From contig CDPCPM010000141.1 in assembly GCA_976551045.1 (NCBI GenBank), positions 1,860,001-1,924,000 on the forward strand: a stretch of 64,000 nt of DNA, written 5' to 3'. The stretch comes from Glaucostegus cemiculus (taxonomy: Eukaryota). Within the stretch, counting starts at the first letter, position 1. Each line of letters starts with the position of its first letter. Below the pieces are notes generated by a model. It was not told the origin of the DNA, did not search any database, and saw nothing but the letters and a program-made list of their open reading frames with translations. The translations under genes were made by a program, and so were the position numbers. This document shows, piece by piece, positions 55,422 to 64,000 of this stretch.

Positions 55422-56346
55422 TAAATATAATGGACTTTACTGTCAATGCATTAACAGCTTTGCTTAATGGTTCATAAGTGAAGACAGAGAAACATTGACT
55501 TAAGTTGACAAAGTAAGATACCATTGAGAATATTAGCCTTTTATTATCATCACTCAAACATTTCTGGTATGAAATGGGATCATTAAAATTTATCAATTTT
55601 ATGCAGTTCAGTCATGACAGTTTAATCATTGCAGTTGAGGAATATTATACTGTCCTCTAAGAGTCTTCACTGTCTATGGGAGAAGTTCCTTTTCCTGTAG
55701 CTAAATCAGTAGTGGGGTCAATGTGTCTTATGGATATTTGTTTTGAAAAGTGAGGTGAGTATCAGCAGCCCCACATTGTAAATGTCATCCTGCCCTTCCC
55801 TGGCCGATCAGTGTGGGATGTCCATTTACACATTTGCCAAGAGGTTATTCTTCACGTGTTAGCTTTGAATTCATGGGAGTGCACCACAGAAGTGGAGCTT
55901 CCACCCAGCCAGTGCATGTTAATGTTTACAATCACTGGTCAAATCATCTAACTTACCAATCCTGTTCCCATATCTCTTCAACTGCATGTTCCCTCACCTT
56001 CTCTATCCCTTGCCCTTCATCCGTCCATCTAGGCTGATCTTGACTGCTATAGTTCCTGCCTCAACCACACTGGTTCCAGGTCCCACACTTCACTTTAGAT
56101 CAATTGTCCCTTGTTCTTGATTCCTCAACTTCTATCTAGGTTAACCCATTCTTTCATAGTTATGAAACTCCTGTTTTGTCCATTATTTGAAGCTGCAACA
56201 AAAAAAAACATCATTAGTTCTTCGTGTATCACTTAGAAGCCAAGTTGCGGCTGTGTTGTACCCCCTGCAAAGTTTCAATCTCCTTCCCATACCAAGCCTG
56301 ATGATGAGTAGAGTAATCAAACAGAGGTCATAGGTTTTATGTGGGC

Positions 56347-56420
56347 TCAGTCCTTGAGATTAAAACTGTATTTCAGTCCTTGAGATTAAAACTGTATTTC
56401 AGTCCTTGAGATTAAAACTG
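56347..56420. repeat. Perfect 26-bp tandem repeat, about 2.8 copies (tcagtccttgagattaaaactgtatt)
   Basis: Units start at 56347, 56373 and 56399. Confidence 0.95.
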
Positions 56421-57167
56421 ATATTCTATTAGCTTTTTTTTAAGCTTTAACAGGTGTTGCCTTTAATGCCATATGACTCATTGTCAATATGTAGCTGTAC
56501 TCTTCCACATGACTAGCCCCTTGTTGCTTTTTTTAATAACACACATTACTTCTCACTTGCTAGTTCTGAACTTCATGTACTCTCTCCCCATCTTATTAAT
56601 GTCTCTTTGTAATGCTCCTTAGTTTTCTAAAGATTAAACTACTCTCTACAGTCTGTGTTCATTCACTAACAGGTTGTGGATCTCACTGGCAAAGCAGCAT
56701 CTTTTAACTCTTCCTTATCTCTGCCTGCATCAACTTGCTTCTTAAATTTCCATCTACCCCAATTAAGACCCTCCCCAAGGTGCAGGACGAACTTGTACAA
56801 AGTTGCAGCTGAGAACATAGAACAGTACAGCACATGAACAGGCCACTCAGTCCACAGTGTCTGTACCAAACCATGATGCCAAAAGAAGCTAATCACATCT
56901 GCTTGTACATCATCCATATTCCTCCAGTCCCTTCATGTTCCTGTCTGTCTAAATCCTTCTTAAAAGTTATTACCGGGTCTGCTTCCAGCACCACTCCTGG
57001 CAGTGCGTTCCAGCAACTACCAATCTGACTGTGAAACAAAAATCCTGCACATCTCCCTTAAACAATACTCCTCTCCCTTTAAGACCTCTAGTGTTTGACA
57101 TTTCTATCCTAGGAAAGTGACTCTGACTATCTTGCCCTATCTGCCTCTCATAATTTTATAAGATGAG

Positions 57168-57448
57168 GTAAGATATCTTTATTAGTCACATGTACATCGA
57201 AACACACAGTGAGATGCATCTTTTGTGTAGAGTGTTCTGGGGGCAGCCCGCAAGTGTCGCCACACTTCCGGCGCCAACATAGCACGCCCACAACTTCCTA
57301 ACCTGTACATCTCTGGAATGTGGGAGGAAACCGGAGCACCCATGCAGACACGGGGAGAATGTGCAAACTCCTTGCAGGCAGTGGCCAGAATTAAACCCAG
57401 GTCGCCGGTGCTGTAAAGCGTTACGCTAACCGCCACACTACAGTGCCT
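57168..57448 (-). mobile_element. V-domain SINE with Rex1-type tail nested in a CR1 fragment (56815-57650)
   Basis: Same family. CR1 sequence resumes on both sides. Confidence 0.85.
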
Positions 57449-58569
57449 GCTCCACCAACTTCTGTCAGGTCACTCCTGACATTCCAGAGAAGACAGTCCA
57501 AGTCTGTCCAATCAACCCCTTCTTGTAACTAATTCTCACCAATCCATCAATGCTCTTAAGGGTCCTGCCATTTACTACGTCTGTTCCCCTTGCATTTGAC
57601 CTCCCAAAGTGCAGCACCCTGCACTTGCTCGGATTAAATTCTATTTGCCATTTCTCATATAGGAGACAGGACGGATAAGATTACAAAGAGTAGTATTAAC
57701 TTACTAATAATACAAATCTTAGAAGGCATATTAGTTTCAGAAGGTGCGGGGGGAAATAAGGAAAACATCTTAAACTTTATATTTTCTAAATATATATAAA
57801 AACAAAGTCATAATTTGAGTGGTTCTTCAGGCCTGATCTAATTTGTCATTGTTCCACTATTGTCAGACTAACCGGCTGTGATTTGCACGATTCCTGATAC
57901 CTGTTCTGTTTTTGGTTTGGATATCATCACTGCTGCTGTTATTCTGCATGAGATAATCTAACCACAAGGCAGGAAATGAGTCTGGTTCTGTGGTTAGGTT
58001 GCATGCTGCCGTTACTGACTAAGCCATCAGGGGGAGCGCTTTACACACATTTAACATGATCCTCGCCTCAAGTTACAATATGTAATTTCCCATTTTACGA
58101 TTTGAAGCCAGTGTAGTAATCCTGAAATCCCAATAGGAAGGAACTTTAATGATTCCATTCAGTAACCTACAGCGTTGTAAGAGTGACTTATTCCTCAGGT
58201 CCTCATCAGACGTTAACATCTCATGTGAATTCTGTCATAGAGGAGGTGAAATGTTACAACAGGTATTCTTTAGTAAATAAGTTCAGGAAACCTCCAAGGT
58301 GTTGACATAATGAAAATTTGAAATGACAAGATAGTTGCATCTTCGAGCACAGTATCCTGTCTCCATTTACATTGCCTGCCACAGAGCCATTAATAGGGGT
58401 GGTTAACGGTTCTTTGTGAAACGTTAGTGTACAGGCTGACATATCGGTGTTTCGATACTCACTATATGAAGGGTGGGATTCGTAATTTGTTTCCTTGGAT
58501 TGAAATAGTGCAAATCATTGGAACTCGAGAATCCTCTTCAATGCATAACATTTCTTTTCCTCTCTACAG

Positions 58570-58576
58570 GTATTAG
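58570..58576 (+). CDS. AHCYL1: Terminal coding segment G TAT TAG, completing ...YYRY*
   Basis: Strong pyrimidine tract (tttcttttcctctctacag) followed by G TAT TAG. This restores the conserved family C-terminus YYRY, and the summed exon length of 1473 nt is divisible by 3. Confidence 0.88.
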
Positions 58577-59745
58577 ATGGACCAAAATCCGAATGATTGA
58601 ACTCGGGACCAAGGTGTCCGAAGCCTCAGTAGAAGAATGTATAGTAGGAGCCAGCCTAGCTGTTTAAATGCTCACTAAATGTATTTGAAGAGCATTTTTA
58701 CACATCTGGGCATCATTTCTTTAACAGCCTGGTCTTTTGCTTGTATTTTCTTTTCTATTCTAATTATAAACGAGTGTTTTGATTTCTAATTTACTGCCGA
58801 CAGATGTAACTGTCTCACCTCGTGGTGACAGCACTATCTCTGTGAAATCACTTGAACTTGTATGATATGATTGTACTGTATTAATTTAAAAAATTATCTT
58901 CGTTTGCTTTGTTTTTCCTATTAGTTTTAGTCCAAAACCTGAGCTTCAAGCTCGGTTCAACCTTTTCCAAAGGATGCTCTTGTTTTTACTATGTTTTTTA
59001 AAAATTTGTTCATGGTGGTCATTGAATCCTATTTGGTGATTGCCAGCATAGTTGTCTGATACTCGTGTCTTCTCCAGAACCAGCGCTGACTGTAATAAAT
59101 AATGAGTATCAAGTTTTAAACAAACCAGATTCATTACTAGAGCAGCTGTAAATATCACTGTGTTACCAAAAAAACAAAATGTGAAATGGTTTTGTTTGAG
59201 AATTTCAGTTTGCTTCCCTCTCTCCATGTAGTGCTACCCTTGTGCGCTTTAATATATTGGCACCATTAAATACTACACTTCAGATTGTGAATCATTACCA
59301 ATTAGGCAAAGAAAATTAAAGCTTGCATCTATTGATTCAATAGGGAAAATAATTTCAAAGAGTCAATATTCTAATTCTGGTCAGTTAGATTTTGACAAAA
59401 TCAAACTAGAACAAGATTTGTGCCATATGGAGTTTGTGGGCTCTGGGTGAGTCCTGATGGCTTCCTGTTCCACAGACACTTGTTGTATACAAACACACAA
59501 AACATTTCAGAGATTATGTACCGTTTATGATGGAGCTTTTTTAAAAAGAAAATCTTGGTGCATTTTCAGGACCATAAGCTGAGCACTGGATTCTCCTGGT
59601 GACCTCTCAATGCTGTGTGTTTTATGTCTTTGAGTCTCTGAGGTTGTATATCCAACAGTGGGACCAGAAAGTACTTTCACTCCAGTTACATGAAAATATA
59701 TATATTTTAAAAAAATAATAAAGAATTTAAAAAATCATTATATAA
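58577..59745 (+). other. 3' UTR of the AHCYL1-like gene (end uncertain)
   Basis: AT-rich and free of recognisable repeats after the stop. AATAAA at 59094-59099 and 59717-59722, the latter followed by U/GU-rich sequence. More AATAAA at 60967, 61083 and 61175. Confidence 0.6.
59717..59722 (+). terminator. Candidate polyadenylation signal AATAAA
   Basis: Canonical hexamer with a downstream tgttttt/ctgttgtcttatgt GU-rich tract. Repeat-derived sequence resumes near 60040. Confidence 0.45.
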
Positions 59746-62175
59746 ACATGAAAAATGTTTTTAATCAAAAATGCCTCTGTTGTCTTATGTGGCTTGACCT
59801 GCTGAAAGTGACCATTATCTGTAATGCTGCATACTGATATAGATGCATAAGCAAGAAATCTTCATGTCTGTAACCTTCTGCTCATTTGGTTAAGGTTAAT
59901 TATAGAGGGAAAATTGTCCCTGAAGTATGTTAAGGACTGCAGCTGTCTTAGTTTTGGTAATCACTCACCGTAACAATTTTTACTGCAATGAAAATGGCAA
60001 ATGCTTAAAAAGCTGTGTAGGTCAATTATTATCTGTGAAGAACGTGTTAACGTTTCAGACTGACGATGCTTCATTAGAACTAGGAAAACTTGCAAAGAAA
60101 GAGGGGAGGACAGAATGAGCAAAAGGGAAGGTTTGTGATAAGGTGGAGATCAGGTTGAATGAAGCTCACTGAAGGAGGGAGGGAAGGTCTGATGAATAGC
60201 AAAAGCTGTGTCGGTAGGAATTACAAATAGGTTGATTAAAATCCTTTTTTTTATTTATAGCAAAACAGTTTAGAGATAAAATTGGAAAGGTTGCTTAAAT
60301 GAAAGTGTTGAATTCAATGTTAAAGCCCATTGCTCTTCAGTGTACGTTGAGCATGGGAACAGTGGAGGAGGCAAAAGAGGAAGTGGGGTGGAGAATCAAA
60401 GTGGCAGCCACCAGGAAGCTCAAACCCACTGAAACGAGGTGCTCTGAGAGCTCAAGCTTTCTTACCTCTGTCTTTTGTATCTTAACCAGGCTTAGTGTGA
60501 CTGTGATCTGCAGTGCTGATACCCCTAATGTAATGAGACTGTCCTTCTGATTTCTCCCCTGTTGTGTGAACACAGTTTAAGATGAACCTGCCACAGAAAT
60601 AGGTGGGTATGCGTGCTGGCTTATTGCAGAATCTTAAGTCACTTTTTAACAGTAGGATCTCACTTCCCCATCTCCCCCACCCCCCCCAATCTGTATTGGG
60701 AAGGGAAGGGAAGATCCAGACTGCTTTAAGGTGTTGAGCTGTGGCCTAAACAGCAATATATATGTTTGCTGTTGTTGGTGGGAGGTTAGTTTTCCAGGGC
60801 AGTGGGGAGAAGCAATGGACAATATTGTACCAGCATGCTTTTAAGTTAGGAACTTCAACTGAGGCGAGCACCGAGCCAGCATTGTCACCACAGCTCCAAC
60901 TTGCTTTCAAGTCTGCATCATTTGAATTGTTAATGTTTTTCTTTTTCAGATTTAATAATTCACTGTAATAAAACTCTATCATCATCATATGGAACAATTC
61001 TCCACCCCCATCCCACCCCTCTGTCATCCATGCTCCTTGTTGGACTTTCGCCTGGAGAAGTCATATATTGCTTCCTACTTCAAATAAATAATTATCCAAG
61101 TGACATTCTACCAGCTAGCAATCAAACTCTGGTCCAGTATATATTGATGTATAATGTTTGATCTTTGCTAATGCAATAAAGGTCATGTGCTAAAGTAATT
61201 ACATACTAAATAATGCTAATACGTGGGCAGAGATAAAATTAAAATTTTCAAGCATCCATGGTCAGAAGTTCACAAGTGGGTGTTACTGTTGATGTGATTC
61301 ATTTACACAATCGGTGATAATCAGCCTGGATAGCTACTGTTTATATTATTTAGTGATAACGTAAGGTCTGTATATAACCTCTTGCGTGTGTCAATTTGCA
61401 TTTTAATGTCACAGTGTTAAAGGGGCCCTAAACTGGGGAATTTCTGCTAGCAGGCACCCTGGGGGGGGGGGGAAGGGCTGAGATGTCTTCCTGTCTTTTG
61501 ACCTTTCCATCTGAACAGACCACAGCCACACTACAGTTGCACACTAATTCCTCTGAATTATGCTGCTCTAAAGACACTTGGTGTTGGGTCTTCCAATCTT
61601 ACCAATAATGAAAATAGGAATGGACGGGGGCAAATCTTACCATTCCTGTCCATGCAATTACATCTGTCCCTCTGAATCTGCTGTGCCAATTTACAGCTCA
61701 CGTTTGCATATGGACTTGTGGTCCAAGGAGCATTGAACCATTCTGCTTGCTGTACACTCAAGAATTCTTGGTTTAAAACAACTGCAGATCAAAGGTCCCA
61801 GCCTATCCAACCTCTCCTTATGCTCTCCAGACCCAGTAACATCCTTGTGAATCTTTTCTGCACCCTTTTCAATCAAAACATTCAGGTAATGTTTGTCACC
61901 AAGCTTGTCACTAACTTCCAAAAACCTCCAGTATTGTCACTAATGTGTTCTGGTGCAAAGTATTTTTCCCTAATGGGTTTCAGTACGTGCACATTATGTC
62001 ACCATGACTTACAAGGCTTATCACAAATGAAGTTACCCATTTCAAAACTGAACCATTTCAATTTTAATGGCTATGATTCCCATTTCATTTTTGAAGAGCA
62101 TAGACAACTCTTCAACCAAGCTTGGTGATTATATTGTCCTGCTGGAATCGTTTGATATCTGACATTTGATAAAAT

Positions 62176-63668
62176 GTTATTTTTTCATGGATGTCTAACC
62201 ACTGCTTTAGAATTGCAGAACATTAAAGCCAAGTGGAATAGAAGCAGGGTGTTAGGAACCACTGCACCTCTGCCTGTTAGTGCAGTAGTCTTAATACATG
62301 AAAAAGGTGGTGGCTCACTGTACAGACTTGTGAGATCTATCACAGAACAGAGGTCATCAAGTTCCTAGGCACTGTGCTTTTAAAGATAGTAAGTTTTCCC
62401 TGCAGGGGTGCATGGGATGAAGATTAATAGCTGACACAGTCATTTACTAGAAAAAGTACTGGCCATAGGTTAACTTGCTCATGCATCTTGGAGAATCAAC
62501 AATATTTGGCCAGGAATGTTGCAGGATATGGTTTTCATTCAAGGTGATAGAAAGTAAGGTTAAAAATTATGAGCTCATTATTATTTGGGATAGGGTTTTT
62601 CAGTATTGAGGATTGTGTGGCTAGATGGCTAAATTTCAACACTGGACTGCAGATTCATTGTGAGGGAAAAAGCAAATTGTTATATCCATGACTTTGAGGA
62701 AAGAGCAAGTTCTGGGAGAAGCTACACAAAATTGCATGAAATGTAAAAAAAAAACCTGATAAGGTAAAGGATGGATGTTCTGGGGAAAAAATAAAACAAG
62801 ATTGTTGTTGCCTTCGTAACAATTTCAAGATTGAGTATTAGACACAATATAAATGTAAAGTCATGGCTCTCAAAATATCCCAAAGCACTCCATGGCCAGT
62901 GAATTGGCTGAAATAACTTATTATCGTTCTCAAGGTTCAATGTATTACATGGGATTGCCTCCTACCTAGGTTATATTATTTACCTATCAGATAGGTAAAT
63001 GCAAAATAAGCTTTTGCAGGGATCAAAAGTACATTTGTTCTGATAAATAATGATTAAGATACCTTTATTAAGATTAATTGCATTTTTAACTTCTGCTTTC
63101 CATTAAACCAAAATTGAAAGATAAAAAAAAACCTACAGCACAACTCAGACCCTTCGGCCCACAAAGCTGTGCCGAACATGTCCCTACCTTAGAAATTACT
63201 AGGCTTACCCATAGCCCTCTATTTTTCTCATCTCCATGTACCCATCCAAAAATCTCTTAAAAGACCCTAGCGTATCTGCCTCCACCACCGTTGCCGGCAG
63301 CGCATTCCACACCTTCACCACCCTGAGTAAAAAAACAACCCTGACATTCCTCTATACTCCCCAGCATGTCCTCTCGTGGCAACCAGCCAGTAGAAAAGGC
63401 TGTCTGCTCTAAAAATAATAAAGTACATAGAGCTAAAGTCTGAAGAAATTAATTATCTAATTTGCAAATCAGCTGAAGTTAATTAAGGCTTGAAATAGTT
63501 AATTTAATCACTGCTTTAGAATTGCAGAGTGTTAAAGCCTTTTTCATGTATTAAGGCTACTGCACTAACAGGCAGTAACCTTAATACCTAACAGCCTGCC
63601 TCCTTTCCAGTTGGCTTTAATGTTCTGCAATTCTAAAGCAGTGGTTAAACATAAATGAAAAAAGTAAC
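62176..63668. repeat. About 130-bp inverted repeat pair (62176-62307 vs 63538-63668) plus a third partial arm (63503-63539)
   Basis: Direct reverse-complement comparison by eye. Confidence 0.9.
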
Positions 63669-64000
63669 TTTTTTTTACACCTTTGACCTATCACTCAGAA
63701 CTTTCGCTAAAAATATCTTACCAAATACAACAGTAGCTGTGGTGGAGAAACCACTACCTACATTACACTCTCTTTAAAGCCAATATCTAGTTCAGCTCTT
63801 GAAACTGGTTTTGCATGTGGGCAGAACAACCACAGAGGCAGGAAATTGCTGGTTCAACCACTGTGGTTCCATCAAACCACAATGTACAAATTCACCCCAC
63901 CCAATCCATTTTACACTTGCAGTCCTCAGCTTTCATGCTCAGCCGAAATTTGAAACACACGTTTCATATATGTAATGGTCGAAGTGTCATACAGCACAGA

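Noticed and set aside
56347-56420. CRISPR-like array
   Set aside because: The repeats are directly adjacent with no spacers, and the context is a eukaryotic intron.

Overview
Vertebrate genomic DNA, AT-rich and dense in repeats. The repeat content (CR1/HER1-like LINEs, V-domain SINEs, Deu-domain SINEs, Rex1/Babar, Penelope-like ends) points to a cartilaginous fish. The main feature is a + strand IRBIT-family gene (AHCYL1/AHCYL2, most AHCYL1-like). I could read 16 coding exons from 23178 to 58576, all flanked by AG/GT. They splice into one open frame of 490 codons plus stop (QIQFAD...FKPNYYRY*), followed by a 3' UTR. The canonical first coding exon was not found, so 1-23177 is probably the tail of a long first intron, with several candidate alternative N-terminal exons. 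Introns hold a 2.7 kb frameshifted CR1 LINE, Rex1, RTE and L2 fragments, SINEs, MITEs and Penelope ends with decayed hammerhead-ribozyme cores. Several long inverted repeats are also present. I found no convincing new multi-gene system. The best leads are a candidate hydrophobic 63-nt exon ending in MKK, a possible C-terminal YYRYS read-through isoform, a three-way inverted-repeat structure downstream of the gene, and RUNX/ETS motif clusters. Family names and human residue comparisons are from memory, not from database searches.
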